From NCBI GenBank assembly GCA_030324005.1, contig JARDVH010000031.1, positions 6,562,388 to 6,626,387 of the forward strand: a stretch of DNA of 64,000 nucleotides. The letters run 5' to 3'. The position numbers and the translations under genes were made by a program. How positions within the stretch are numbered: the stretch's first letter is position 1; each line of letters opens with the position of its first letter. Below the pieces are notes generated by a model. It did no database searches. It was not told where the DNA came from and saw only the letters and a list, made by a program, of their open reading frames with translations. This DNA comes from Negaprion brevirostris (taxonomy: Eukaryota). Positions 1 through 13,341 of the stretch are shown piece by piece.

Positions 1-560
1 TAGAGCATATGGGATCCTTGACATTCGAAACAGAGGCAGAGTGTACAAAAGCAGGGGAGTTATGCTAAATCTTTTTAAATCATTGGTTAGGACCCAGCTG
101 GAGTATTGTGACCATTTCTGATTTTTAGGAAGGACCTTGAGAAGGACATAGAGGAGATTGACTAGAATGTAACCAGGAATTAGGAACCTCAGTGACCTGG
201 AGAGACTGGGGTTGCTTTCATTAAGACAGAAAAGGTTAAGGGGAGATTTTACAGCTGGTCAAAATCATGAAAGTTTTGTTAGGGTAAAAGAGGAGAAGCT
301 GTTTGCAGACATAACCAGAGGACACACATTTCAGGTAAAAGAACACAGAAAAATATTCTGATCTGAAAATGTGGAGGTGGCAAGTTTAAATAAGTTTCAG
401 AAGTGAAAGCTGATAATAATTGAAGTGGGAATATATTCAAGGTTATGGAGAAAGCGGAGGAGTGGGACTAATTGGATAGCTTTTTGAAATGGCCAGCACA
501 GGCACAATGGGCCAAATGGCCTCTTTCCATGCTATAGTGTTCTATGGTTTATATCATTTC
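1..560 (+). mobile_element. CR1 LINE 3' fragment
   Basis: Degenerate ...LVRPQLEYC... C-terminal ORF2 sequence plus CR1-type 3' end (gggccaaatggcct...ttctatg). Confidence 0.75.
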
Positions 561-1645
561 TATGAACTCTTAATTTGTGGGCTTTTTTTTTAAACCTGAG
601 ATAGACTTCCATTTATATAGCGCCTTCCGTGACCTCAAGACGTTCCAAATATCAGGAATCTGAAGTAAAACATCCCGGGCTATTACTGGCCTACCATGTA
701 GTAGCTGAGTTGGAACATTGGGCTAGGAGGAGGCCATTCAATTAGATGATGGCTGACCTGTACCTCAATCCCATTTAACCACCTGTTGTACACAGCACTT
801 AACACCCTTACCCAAGAAAATGTATGGATCTCTGTTTTGTAACTTGCAATTGAACTCCAGAATCTTCAGCTTTTAAAAGGAGAGGATTATTTGGATGGTA
901 TGATCTGATCTGTCGTGAACCATGTTGTACATGAACGTGGACCATGTTTCCATGCTGTAAACCTTTATGACTCTATAGACAGTTACATGGGTAAGATGGA
1001 TATAGAGGGATATGGGCCAAATGCGGGCAACTGGGACTAGCTTATGGGTTAAATCAAAAGGGTAGCATGGACAAGTTGGGCTGAAGGGCCTGTTTCCATG
1101 CTGTAACCCTCTGACCCTGACTGAATTCCTTTAGTATGTGTCAGTATGAGGAGGGTGGGCACGCAGAGAATTAAAGACGGGGTGACCGTGAGGGACCTGG
1201 AGCTGGGGGGTGGCAGTAACAGAACAGGCTTATTCCTTCAAAATCTTGGAATAGAACAAGAGGATCCAATTGAGCCTGACTATGAATTCAAAGTTAAATA
1301 ATTGATCTCCACCCAGCTCTGTATGGGAAAGGCAGTATTGAAACTGTCACTGAGACAAGAGAAAGCAAGAGAGAGAGCCAACACCTTGAATTTATATAGA
1401 GTCTTTACAACGCAGAAAGAGATGACAAATGATAGACTGGGAGAGATAGTGCAAGTGTGATACAAAGACAGATAGATGCAGTGAACAGGCAGAGAGAGAG
1501 AAGGAGAATGCTGCAACAGACAGTATCAGTTGATTGGTGATTTTCGGGGATGCACTAGGCAGACTGTGCTTACTTATTGCAGAAGCTGTTTCAACTTTTC
1601 TTCTTCAAAGTTCACTATTTTCTGAGCAAAGCAGCAGTGGCTGGG

Positions 1646-1723
1646 TTTCCCGGGGTAACGCGCGTCCTTTCCCGGGGTAACGCGCGTCCTTTCCCGGGGT
1701 AACGCGCGTCCTTTCCCGGGGTA
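1646..1723. repeat. Perfect 22-bp tandem repeat, about 3.5 copies
   Basis: TTTCCCGGGGTAACGCGCGTCC three times plus TTTCCCGGGGTA, with no mismatches. Confidence 0.95.
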
Positions 1724-2971
1724 CAATAATCCAAAGTATTCAGAAAACATTTGAGTGATTGTATGGATGAATGTACCCAGCTCACTTCAGGATCCGATAT
1801 TTTACACAATCGAAGTATCAGTGCCAAACTAGCACTTGATGTTCCATGTTCTAATTCTGGGAGTGATTAATATTGAACCAGATGGTTTTTACAATGAGGG
1901 CCACAATGCAGGCCAAGTTTAAATAGAGTTGAAATGATTGTGTGATACTGAGGTCGCAGGAAGAACTAGGGCTCAAGAGAAGTGAGGGGTTAAATCCAGA
2001 GAAAGATAGAGTAGAAGATACCTCTGTGCATCTTGGGTATCAATATTAATCTCACAACAATGGGTAGGAGAGGGAAGGGGTTAAAAATTGAAAATTTAGC
2101 TTGCCACTCCGCCCAGGCTGGGAGCAAAATAAAAATGACAGTGAAGTCTTGCTGTTAAATTCGGCAGAACCTGTCTTACTGGTTTTCCCCTCAGACCCAC
2201 CCTGCCTCGCCATATCATGGCCTTGGTTTCAGAAGGCTGGAGGAGGGAACTTCAGAGAGACAAGGGATGAAAGCCAGAAGGAGGAGTAGTAATCATAATA
2301 TTGACAAAGTGGGAAGAATGAGAGGGATTGGAAGCTGGCTCAATGGAAGTGCTCCGTGAAATGTTATCATGCGACAGATTCCTGACATTTTTCTTGAATC
2401 ATGCACCAACACAGATTCAGACAGCCTGTGGAAATGTGTCATCCTCCTGATACTTGTCCTGTTGGGATTGGCTTGCAACCCCATCGTGTGCTATCATTTG
2501 ATGTAACGTTACACTCGCCTCATCCCGCTGACTGCTGAAGGGGTCAGGTGGAGGACTGTTTTGTCAGCAGAACATATTTCAGGCTGTTGATTCTACACCA
2601 TCTGCGATCTGTGACAAGGACATGGGTTTGTCAGCACTGTGTACCACTCAGCCCTGAGTCTGAATCACGTAACAGCCCAAATCAGGTGGAGGGGTCAGAG
2701 GCACATCAAACACTCCCTGGGGATGAGCTCATTACCAGAATAGGTTGGGGGGAGGGGGTTGAAGATCCACACTGACACCAGGAGAGAAATCCTATTCTTG
2801 GAGCAGAATCCAAACGCTCCAACCTGGGAAAAGAAATATTTGGAGTAAAAATACTCCATGTATGGATTAGATACAACAACAACAACTTAATTTTATCTAG
2901 CACCATTAGCATAGTAAAGTGTCTCACCTCAACAATATCAAACAAAACTTGGGACTGAACCACCTAAAGAG

Positions 2972-3293
2972 ATAGAATCATAGAATCCCTACAGAGCAGA
3001 AGGAGGCCATTTGGCCGATCAAGTCTGCATCAACCACAATCCTACCCAGGCCCTATTCCCATAACCCCACATATTTACCCTGCCAGTCCCCCTAACACTA
3101 GTGTCAATTTACCATGGCCAATCCACCTAACCCACACATCTTTGGACTGTGGGAGGAAAATCAGAGCACCCAAAGAAACCTCATGCAGACGTGAGGAGAA
3201 TGTGCAAACTCCACACAGACATTAAGCCAAGCCAGGAATCAAACCCAGGTCCCTGATGCTGAGAGGCAGCAGTGCTAACCATCGTGCCACCCC
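2972..3293 (-). mobile_element. HE1-type V-SINE
   Basis: tRNA-like head, V-domain core (gggtttcc..gggtgctc..tttcctcccacagtccaaaga) and CR1-derived gattctat tail on the minus strand. Confidence 0.85.
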
Positions 3294-3379
3294 TGAATCA
3301 TAGAATTCCTACAGTGCAGAAGGAAGCCATTTGGCCCATTGAGTCTGACACAACATCTTACCCAGGCCCTATCCCTGAT

Positions 3380-3790
3380 ATTTTGACAAGTGATCGATAG
3401 TTTGGTCAAACAATAGGTTTCAGGTTAAAGGAGGGAATTTCAGAGTTCAGGACTTTGGCGGCTTCAAACACCTGCAATAATTAAAATTGGGGATGTGCAA
3501 GAGAGAGGAATTGGAGCAGAGCAGAGATCTGGGAGGGTTGCGGGGCTGTGGGAAGTTCCAGGGAAAGGGTTGTGATGGGATTTGAAACCAAGAGTGAGAA
3601 TTTTCAAATCAATGGATCTGGTCCAATGTGAGCACAGGGATTGATGGATAAACGGGACTTGGTTCGAGTTAGGATACAAGTAGCGTCACTTTGGATGAAC
3701 TCAGATTAATGGGAGATGGACAGGGAATGTCAAAGCTGGAGCGTGAGTGGGGGATTCATCAGCAGCTGAAGCAAGGGCAAAGCCAGGCAG
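3380..3790 (-). mobile_element. L2-like LINE fragment
   Basis: Similar to 47560-47900 and 62160-62450, whose minus-strand translation gives an L2-like C-terminus (LTRTKSHSPI...FKILILVFKS...L.PYHCNLLQ). Confidence 0.55.
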
Positions 3791-4107
3791 GTTAGATACA
3801 GCATAAAGTTCCCTCCATGTTGTGAATTAGTTACAACTTCAGAATGGTGCCAGTTCTTACTGTGGGCTTTCTGATTGTGATTTCAAAATGGATGCTGAAT
3901 GAGACGTAATTTTCACCCACGGATCAAATCTCCACTCAGTACAGGAATGAAGCTGCCCGGACTGAGTATCTGGGTGTGAAGCAACAGTGTTGGACTAAAC
4001 AAGACAACAGATCCAGTCGTGGTTAGGAATGTGAGAATCTTAGCTAGTATAACTGAAGTAAGCTTGTGTCTTCAGTGTCTGTGCTAATAGGACACATTTG
4101 CTCACAG

Positions 4108-4178
4108 AATGGAGACGACTCCTCCGAGGAAGAGGAGGGAGAAGTGGACAGTGAAGTGGAGTTTCCCCGCAGACAGAG
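4108..4178 (+). CDS. MAP3K13: MAP3K13 (LZK) internal coding exon, third from last
   Basis: ctcacag acceptor and AG|gtaaga donor; 71 nt encoding NGDDSSEEEEGEVDSEVEFPRRQ(R), including the SDGLSD-region acidic motif of DLK/LZK C-termini; phase 2 end joins the next exon in frame. Confidence 0.93.
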
Positions 4179-4427
4179 GTAAGACTTCAAACGTACCCAT
4201 CCCCCACAATTTCCTCTCCTTTGGAGTGTTACACAGTGAGGCATAGCTTTGAGCACAAGAACATGTGACTGACGCTACTTGACAATTAAAAGCATGGTGT
4301 GAGATCGGGCTGAAGCCTGGTCTTGCAGTCAGTCATAAAATACAATCATGGAATCCTACAGTGAAGAAGGAGGTCCTTTGGACCAGCGATTCTGTGCCAG
4401 CTCTTTGAAAAGCTGTTGAAATATGGA

Positions 4428-4781
4428 ATAGAATCATAGAATTCCTACAGTGCAGAAGGAGACCATTCAGCCCATTGAGTCTGCATCAGCTGTCCAACAG
4501 AGCACCTTATCCAGGTCCTACTTCCTGTCCTACCCCTGTAACTCTACAGATTTACCTCACTGAACCCCCCCCCCCAACCTACACATCTTGGGACGCCAAG
4601 GGGCAATTTAGCATGGCCAGTCCACCTAACTTGCACATCTTTGGAAAGTGGAAGGAAACTGGAGCACCCAGAGGAAACCCACACAGACATGAGGAGAATG
4701 TGCAAGCTCCACATGGACAGTCATCCAAGAAAAAATTTTGGTCACTGGTGCTGTGAGGCAGCAGCGCTAACCACGACTGTG
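4428..4781 (-). mobile_element. HE1-type V-SINE
   Basis: Same head, core and tail as 2972-3293. Confidence 0.85.
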
Positions 4782-5029
4782 GCTATTCAGGCTATTCATT
4801 TATCCAGACTTCCTCAGCTCTTTCTATAGAACTGAAATCATGTCCTTTTCAAGTATATAGTCAATGCAGTCAGAATGCTCTTTCTCAAGGATCTGACCTT
4901 TTACCCAGTGAAAGAGCAACTCTTTTTCTGTGATCAGTTAGCTGAGCTCTTTGACTTCTGATTGTCACCTAGTGACTCTAGGTGGATGTCCATTGAAGAA
5001 ACAACATAAAGATAAGCATGTTTTTAAAA

Positions 5030-8000
5030 TAAACAAGAATAGGCCATTTGGCCCCTCAGGCCAGCAGTAAAATAATAGCTGATATGCTACCTCAGCTTCA
5101 CCTTCCAACACTATCTCCATCTCCCTTAGCCCCCAAAAATCTAGTAATCTCTGACTTGAATAAACTCAACAAGTGAGCATCCTCAAATCTCTTGAGTAAA
5201 GAATTCCAGGAGTTTGCAAACCTTTGTGTGAAGAAATTTCTTTTCATCTCAATCCTGAGGTTCCCAGCCCAGGGAAACATCCTCCCAGCATCTACCCTGT
5301 CAAACCCTTTCAAGAATTTTATATGTTTCAATGAGATTAGTTTTGATTTTTATAAGCTCTTGGGAATATAGATCTAGTCTACTCAAGCTTTTCTCACAGA
5401 ACAATTCTTAGACAGCATTTTCCAGTCCTATGACCACTTCCATTTAAAGAACAAAGAACAAAGAACAACCCAGCACGGGAAACAGGCCCTTCGGCCCAAC
5501 GAGCCCGCGCCGCCATCACCCNNNNNNNNNNNNNNNNNNNNNNNNNNNNNNNNNNNNNNNNNNNNNNNNNNNNNNNNNNNNNNNNNNNNNNNNNNNNNNN
5601 NNNNNNNNNNNNNNNNNNNNNNNNNNNNNNNNNNNNNNNNNNNNNNNNNNNNNNNNNNNNNNNNNNNNNNNNNNNNNNNNNNNNNNNNNNNNNNNNNNNN
5701 NNNNNNNNNNNNNNNNNNNNNNNNNNNNNNNNNNNNNNNNNNNNNNNNNNNNNNNNNNNNNNNNNNNNNNNNNNNNNNNNNNNNNNNNNNNNNNNNNNNN
5801 NNNNNNNNNNNNNNNNNNNNNNNNNNNNNNNNNNNNNNNNNNNNNNNNNNNNNNNNNNNNNNNNNNNNNNNNNNNNNNNNNNNNNNNNNNNNNNNNNNNN
5901 NNNNNNNNNNNNNNNNNNNNNNNNNNNNNNNNNNNNNNNNNNNNNNNNNNNNNNNNNNNNNNNNNNNNNNNNNNNNNNNNNNNNNNNNNNNNNNNNNNNN
6001 NNNNNNNNNNNNNNNNNNNNNNNNNNNNNNNNNNNNNNNNNNNNNNNNNNNNNNNNNNNNNNNNNNNNNNNNNNNNNNNNNNNNNNNNNNNNNNNNNNNN
6101 NNNNNNNNNNNNNNNNNNNNNNNNNNNNNNNNNNNTTTATTTATTTACTTGGTGTACCGGCATTTTAAGTTTCTATGATTCACATGCAAGTTCACCCAGG
6201 TCCCTCTAATGCAAACGTTACCCATTCTCAATATTTAGAAAATATTCTGCTATTCTTTGTTTCCTACTAATGTCAATAATCCACATTTCTCCACATTATA
6301 TTACATCTGTCACATTCGTGCTACTCACTTAGCTTGTCTTAATCTTTTTGCAGCCTGTTTGTGTCCTGCTTACTTTCCCACATAACTTTGTCTTGTCTTG
6401 GTGGCATGATACTCAGTCCCTCATCTCAGTCCTTGATCTACATTGTAGATAGTGGAGAACACTAATTCCTATGGTAGCCCACTAGGTACAGCTGCCAACC
6501 TGTCTGCTTTTAGTCCTTAACAAACCCTCAGTCTGTACTAATATATTATCCTCCCCCAATCCTCTGAGCTCTAATTTTATCTAATAACCTCATTGAAACT
6601 TACAGTATACTGAAAGGCCTGGAAAGAGTGGACATGGTGAAGCATTGTGTATTTGTTAGGACAGATACTGAGTACTTGTTCAATGTTTCTGTTGTTTCCT
6701 TATTTCTCATTATAGTTTCTGTTGCCTCTTCCTCTCGAGGACTCATTTACTTTTTCTAATCTCTTCCTTTTTACATCTCAATGGAGGCTTTTACAATTCT
6801 TTTCTTGCTTCTACCAGCTTATTTGCTTCCTTTATCAATTTTTTTGGTATTTCCTTATTGGATTTTAAAATTCTCTCAATCCTTAGGTTTATACTCTTTC
6901 TGGCAATATTATAAATGTTTTCCATGCATCAAATGTTATCTTTAAAGTATCTCTATCTCAAACTATCTTCTGTTAGCCATGGTTTTCACAGTAACTTTGT
7001 TGCAGAGTTAATGTAAGCCTACTTGTGATACTAATAAATAAACTCTAAACTGGGACCATAGAATCATGCAATATAGAAGAGGCCCTTTGGCCCATCGAGT
7101 CTGCACCAACATCTTAGAAACACCTGAACTCCCACTTAATCCCATCTATCAGCACTTGACCCACAGCTTGAATATTATGACATCCCAAGTGCTCATCCAG
7201 GTACTTTCTAAAGGATGTGAGGCAACCTGCTTCTACCAGCCTCCTAGGCAGCGCATTCCAGACCATCACCACCCTCTGGGTGAAAATGTTTTCCTTACAT
7301 CCCTCTAAACTTCCTGCCCCTCATCTTGAATCTATGTATCCTCATACATAGTTCTATACAACTCCAAGATGACTTCCCTAATCAGTGCTTTGATTGATAA
7401 AGGCAAGTGTCCCATATATATTTCTCACCATCACACCAACATGCCCTTCAGAGATCTGTGGACAAACATGCCAAGATCCCTTTGTTCCACAGAACTTCCT
7501 AGCGTCCTGCATTCATTGAAAACTTCCTTATCAAATTACATCTTCCAAAGTTTATCACCTCACACTTTTTATGTTTAAATTTTAACTGCCTATTTGACCA
7601 TTCTGTCTACATCTTTTTGTGGCCCAAGACACTCAGCCTCATGGTTAACCACCCAGCCAATCTTTGTGTCATCCGCAATCTTACTAATCCAACCCGCCAC
7701 ATCGTCAACTATTGCCATCATGTTTTATTCTTTAAGGGGGTTAGAATTTCTGTAAATTATGAATTAACTATTTAAATGTTTACTATTGCTTCTATACCAT
7801 TATATCTTTTAATCCAGTTTCCCAATCTATTTTAGCCAAATTGCCCCTCATCCCTCCATTCTTTACTTTGTTCTGATTTAGGACCCTAGTTTTGGACTTA
7901 ACTAAATTATTCTCAAAGTCCATACCAAATTCTAATGCTGTTTTTCTATCACTGTATGCTATGATCACTATTCCCTTGTTGCTCCTTTACTACAGGGTCT

Positions 8001-8800
8001 TTTTTAATTTCAGTTCTACATCTAAAATAGCCTGGACCCTAGTTAGTTTCTTGATATACTGATTTAGAAAACTACCTTGAATGCGTTTCATAAATTCACC
8101 CTCCACACAAGTACTGCAAATTTTGTATAAATCTAAATGAAGATTAAGATCTGTCATGATTGTCATATTTTCTTTGTTACATGTACCTCTAATTTCTTGA
8201 TTGATAGCAGTTGTAGGCTGCATGTAAATACTCCCACTAGTATTTCCTGTTTCTTGTTTCTTAGTTCCAAGCCAAATTGATTCTATATCTTAATATACAA
8301 AGCTCAGATCATGTCTATCTTTATCCCATCGTTTATTATCAAAGCATCTGCTCCTCCTTTTTAATTTTGCCTGTCTCTGTAGGCAAGTCAAGTTTAATTC
8401 CTTTAATTCCCAAATATGGGACTCTGCAGCAGGACTTCCTACTGGCTGTTATTCGATTAAACCCATTAATTTCACTCTGCTGTTAATCCATCTGTTTTGT
8501 CATGAATGCTTCAAACATAGTGCCTTAAAATAATTAATTTTCAACTTCTCCCAGATATCACCTTGGTCAGTAATACCCAATTGCTGGCTTTTTTTAACCC
8601 AGATTGCTGCTCTGCTATACAGCCTACATATTTCTCTAGCTGCTTTTAGATTCACCCTTCTCTGAGTCATCCCACAGCCACTTGCATGAGTTTGTCTATC
8701 AGCCTAGTCATCTGATTCACCAGAAAAATGGTCTCAGCCAGTTTACATATAGCCTATCCCAGTGAAACAGCTCCTTTTTCCCCCTGTGGTCAATGAAGCA
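5030..8800 (-). mobile_element. Cluster of degenerate CR1 LINE fragments (contains an N gap)
   Basis: ORF 5098-5331 (RNFFTQRFANSWNSL) and ORF 7990-8223 (endonuclease-like FLNQYIKKLTRVQAILD); nested CR1 3' end at 7050-7690. Confidence 0.75.
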
Positions 8801-9589
8801 AAACCCCTGCCTCCCAAACCACTTTCAGCCAAATGTTTACTGCGGGCCTCAGTTTCTCATAAACAACATAACAGGCCAGAGGACCCTGTCTCACTGCATC
8901 AGACTTGCCCTTATTGGTTTTGGAGTCTCTCCTTGTTCCCATTGAGGGCTGGTTTGACAGAGTCCTTTCCCCTCCTTCATCCTCTGACTGACAGTCTCCC
9001 TTCTCTTCGTCAGTTGTGGCTACCAATGTTTCCCACATCGTCACTGGGACTCCAGTCCAGATCTGCTTCAATGACCAGGGGCCATGAGAAAGAATTGTGT
9101 CATTGTGCTGATTATCCCCTTAAGGATTCACCTGCAGAGTAAGGGTCACAGGACGTGGGGAACCAATCAGGGAATCAGGTTTCTGTTCCAGAACCACCTT
9201 GGCAGCTAACTGCAGCCATGAGGCTGCAAGTCTCTGTTTAGTCTTTATCTATAAATAAAAATGTTTCTTTCCCTTATCTGACACCCACCTCATAGGTTTC
9301 TGCTGCCCTCCCAGATTCAAGGGTTGCAGACAAGGCCCCTGTTGAGATTGTAGCAAACCAAAGATTTTGGTCTTTTCTCCTGCCATTTGCAGGATGCCAC
9401 CTAGAGCTCACAATGCTGAACATTTTTACCTGAGGGGAAAGATCAAATCTTTACAACAGACCGCCCAGGGGTACACCCAGGTTACAGGATGACCTTCAAG
9501 TTCCATTCCTGCAGGCCAGCACAAATGTCCATTAATTCAGTGAGGCTTCTTGCAATGCCTTTCGAAAGAAATCTGTTAGCTGAGCCATG

Positions 9590-10385
9590 TCTAGGTGTGT
9601 TGTTGCTATTATACAGGGCCTTGGTGAGTGAGGCCACAATTAGAATATTGTATGCAGTTTTGGTCTCCTTTTCTGAGGAAGGATGTTTTTGCTCTTGAGG
9701 GAGTGTAGCAAAGGTTTACCAGGCTGATTCCAGGGATGGCGGGATTGATATATGAGGAGAGATTGACCAGGTTAGGATCGTTTTCGCTGGAGTTCAGATG
9801 AATGGGGATGGCGGGGGCGGGAGAACCTCATTGAGACTTACAAAATTCTAACAGGACTAGACAGGGTAGATGGTGGAGGAGTCGAGAACCAGGTCACAGT
9901 CTGAGGATTTGGATAGACCATTTAGGACAGAGGTGACAAGACACTTCTTCACCCAAAGAGTGGTGAGCCTGTGGAATTCTTTACTACAGAANNNNNNNNN
10001 NNNNNNNNNNNNNNNNNNNNNNNNNNNNNNNNNNNNNNNNNNNNNNNNNNNNNNNNNNNNNNNNNNNNNNNNNNNNNNNNNNNNNNNNNNNAACCAGGTC
10101 ACAGTCTGAGGATTTGGATAGACCATTTAGGACAGAGGTGACGAGACACTTCTTCACCCAAAGAGTGGTGAGCCTGTGGAATTCTTTACTACAGAAAGTA
10201 GTTGATGCCAAAACACTGAATGTATTCAAGAGATGGCTAGATATAGCACTTGGGGCGAATGGAATCAAAGGTTATGGGGAGAAAGCAGGATTAGGCTGTT
10301 GAGTTGGATGGTCAGCCATGATTGTAATGAATGGCGGAGCAGGCTCGTAGGGCCGAATGGCCTTCTCCTGCTCCTATCATCTATC
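9590..10385 (+). mobile_element. CR1 LINE 3' fragment
   Basis: RPFRTEVTRHFFTQRVVSLWNSLLQKVVDAKTLNVFKRWLD followed by the typical 3' UTR. Confidence 0.85.
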
Positions 10386-10729
10386 TTTCTTCAATGAATG
10401 AACAGGAGAGTGTTGAGAGGGCAAGGCCCAGCTGGAGTACAATTCCAGCAGTGTGCAAAAGAACCCCATGTGCAGGCAATTGTGATTTGAAGGGCTTTAA
10501 GCTGTAGGAGGCATCATGGCTATGGGCTGCCTGTCTGTCACACTTTCCAGCAGGACTCACTGCTTTGGTAATCAAGAGCGGGATCCCTTCCTAAGGTCAA
10601 CTCTATCCTATAAACTGCCTAGGCTCTGACAGTATCACCAGTTTTAACTCTGTAACCAAACAGATTTTGACTGAGTTAAAATTTCACCCTGAGTACCTCT
10701 ACACAAACTGCAGGCTGGGAATGCTATAA

Positions 10730-12690
10730 AAACAAGAAAAAGGGTACAAAGGAGATAATGAAGATGCAAACAGGAATAGGAGAAAACTTTCAACTCCTAT
10801 ACGAAAATGAACAGCAAATGTTTGTCTAAACATATTAACAGAAAGTGAGTAGTTAAGGGGAACACAGGCCCATTAAAAGCAGCTGCAGTTGAAATTAGTG
10901 TGGATAACAGGGTAGTGAGCAGTTGGCTTGTTAAATGAGCACATTCTGTCCATTTTCACAGTAGAGAAACAGGATGAAATAATCAGCGCTTTAAGGAACA
11001 GAAAAGTAAGTCAAATTTATTCATTATGTTGCGCACTATATTAGAGAAAATAAAGCAGCTCAAGATAGACAGATTTCCAGTATCTGATGGTTTCTCATCT
11101 TGGGTATTAAATAGATGAGGAAATTGAAATTGGTTCTAATTTCCCTGAGCACTCTATATTATGACTGTGGCTGAGGATTGTTATATCACCCCATTGTTTA
11201 AGAAGGAAGGAAGAAGAATCCAGACATATCCGTTTAAGGTCAGTTAAAGGATCATTGTCAGGGAAGGATTGGCTGAGTATTTGGAAATGTATGAGCTGAT
11301 TACAGAGTTAGTTTGGATCTGGGAAAGGCATGTCATGCATAATGAATTTAGTTGAATGTTTTGAGGATGCCACTGACATGATGGATGGGGGGGCAGGGGG
11401 GCAATGAATGTTGTCCTATACGAATTTCCAGAAGGCATTTGGCATGGTGCTTAGAAATCATAGAATCCTACTATGCAGAAGGAGGCCATTCGGCCCATTG
11501 AGTCTGCATCGACTGCAATCCCACCCAGGCCCTATCCCCATAACCCCATGCATTTACCCTAGCTAGTCGCCCTGACATACCTTTGGACTGTGGGAGGAAG
11601 CCCACTCTGACATGGGAAGACCATGCAAATGCCACACAGCCCCCCTAGCCAGGAATTGAACCTGGGTCCTTGGAGCTGAGAGGCAGCAGTACTAACCACT
11701 GTGCCACCATGTTGCTCCAGGTGACACAAGTTGGTAGGAGGCAGAGGGTAATGATAAACGTTGGATATGTAACAAGAGTTTTTCCCCATAGGTCTGTGCT
11801 GGAAGTTTGCTTTTCTCTATATCATGACTGATTTGGATGAAAAAATCTAAAGTTATTATTTCAAAGTTTTCAGATGTCACTAAGAGGCACTGGAATTCGT
11901 ATATACAGCAGAGAGAAAATGCAAAGGGACGGAGACAGATTTAATGAGTGAATAAATCTGGAACCTGGTGTTCATTATGGGAAAGTCTAACATCATCTGC
12001 AGTGAATCCAAGAAAGACGTATCTGAGTCTTTTTAATGGGTTGAAATATCATCTTAAAGGCAAGAGATCAGGGGTATGGAGGAGCAAATGGTGGCCATAT
12101 ACACAAATTATTGAAGAAAGCTAGTAGTCAGCCAAAAAACTTAATTATAAAGCTAATTGTAATTTGGGATTTATCTCAAAGGAGTAGACATATATAGGGC
12201 TGGAAACGATCCTTCAGTCCCAGAGCCTTGCTCAGATACATCGAAAGTACTGCATCCTGTTTCAGACAGTATACCTCGAGAAGGATAATATTGACCTTGC
12301 AGGGATACAGTGCAGAATGATATTTATGTTTAAGGTGGTTAAATTATGGAGATAGTTACATATTCCCTTGAGTAGAGACAGTTGTGGGTGAGGGAAGATC
12401 TAATGAAGGTATTTACAATGATTAAGGGATTCAACAAAATAGTTGCTGAAACTTACAATTAGAACTGACCTACTTAAGAGTGAAGATAGGAAGCACTTGC
12501 ACACACAAAGAATGTTGACCCCCAGCCCCCCAAAAAAAGGCCATAGGTGCTAAACATTTCCATGACTGAAATCAATGGGTTTTTGTTAGGTAGAGTATTC
12601 CAGGATCAAATATAGGAACATACTGTGAGGTGCAGATTAGCCATGAGCTCAGTGAACAGTGGAACAGGCTCAAGGGGCTCCTCTTTATAT
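10730..12690 (+). mobile_element. Old CR1 LINE ORF2 fragment interrupted by an HE1 SINE (11453-11712, minus strand)
   Basis: Degenerate RT motifs (PLFKKG, DFQKAF-like, KFSD) with an internally deleted SINE inserted. Confidence 0.65.
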
Positions 12691-12957
12691 TATTATTGGT
12701 TCAGCTCAAGACATGGTGNNNCATTTAATCAATGAATTAAAGGGTCTAAGACAATGCTACTTCTAAAGCTGGTTAAAAGAGTTTAATCCTGTTATAGGGT
12801 TAGATATTGTCCACGAATCATTACCGCAACCAGAAGTGACTTAGAAATGAAATTCACACCAACCTGTCAAAAATTCTACTATTCACTCAAGTTGTTTTCC
12901 ATAGTATAATTTGAAAAATAAAAATGGCTGTATTAACGTAGAAAAGAATTTTTTCCA

Positions 12958-13341
12958 GGGTGGCACGGTGGCTGAGTGGTTAGCACTGTCGCCTCACAGC
13001 GAGAAGGTCCTGGGTTTGAGCCCCGATTTCGGCACGGGTGCCTTTCTGTGTGGAGTTTGCATGTTCTCCCTGTGTTCGCGTGGGTTTCCTCCGGGTACTC
13101 CGGTTTCCTCCCACAGTCCAAAGACATGCACAGAGGGGATTAGGCTAATTGGTGACTCTAAATTGGCCCTAGGTGTGAATGTGAGTGTGAATGGTTGTCT
13201 GTCTCTGTGTGTTGCCCTGCGGTGGATTGGTGACCTGCCCAGGGCGTATCCCGCCTCTCACCCGATGTCAGCTGGGATTGGCGCCAGCTTCCCCCCGCGA
13301 CCCTGAACAGGATTAAGCGGAAGAAGACGAATAAAGACGAA
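12958..13341 (+). mobile_element. V-SINE with a teleost-type 3' half
   Basis: tRNA head plus V-core, then ...ggttgtctgtctctgtgtgttgccctgcg...cccgcctctcacccgatgtcagctgggat...gaccctgaacaggattaagcgg, unlike any other SINE tail in the window. Confidence 0.8.

Noticed and set aside
1646-1723. Possible CRISPR-like array
   Set aside because: Units are contiguous with no spacers, there are no cas genes, and the context is vertebrate
9887-10197. ~105-bp direct duplication on both sides of a 100-N gap
   Set aside because: Near-identical overlap across a placeholder gap inside a CR1 fragment; typical of unmerged contig ends
12958-13030. tRNA-like A/B-box sequences here and at other SINE heads
   Set aside because: They are the tRNA-derived heads of SINEs, not tRNA genes
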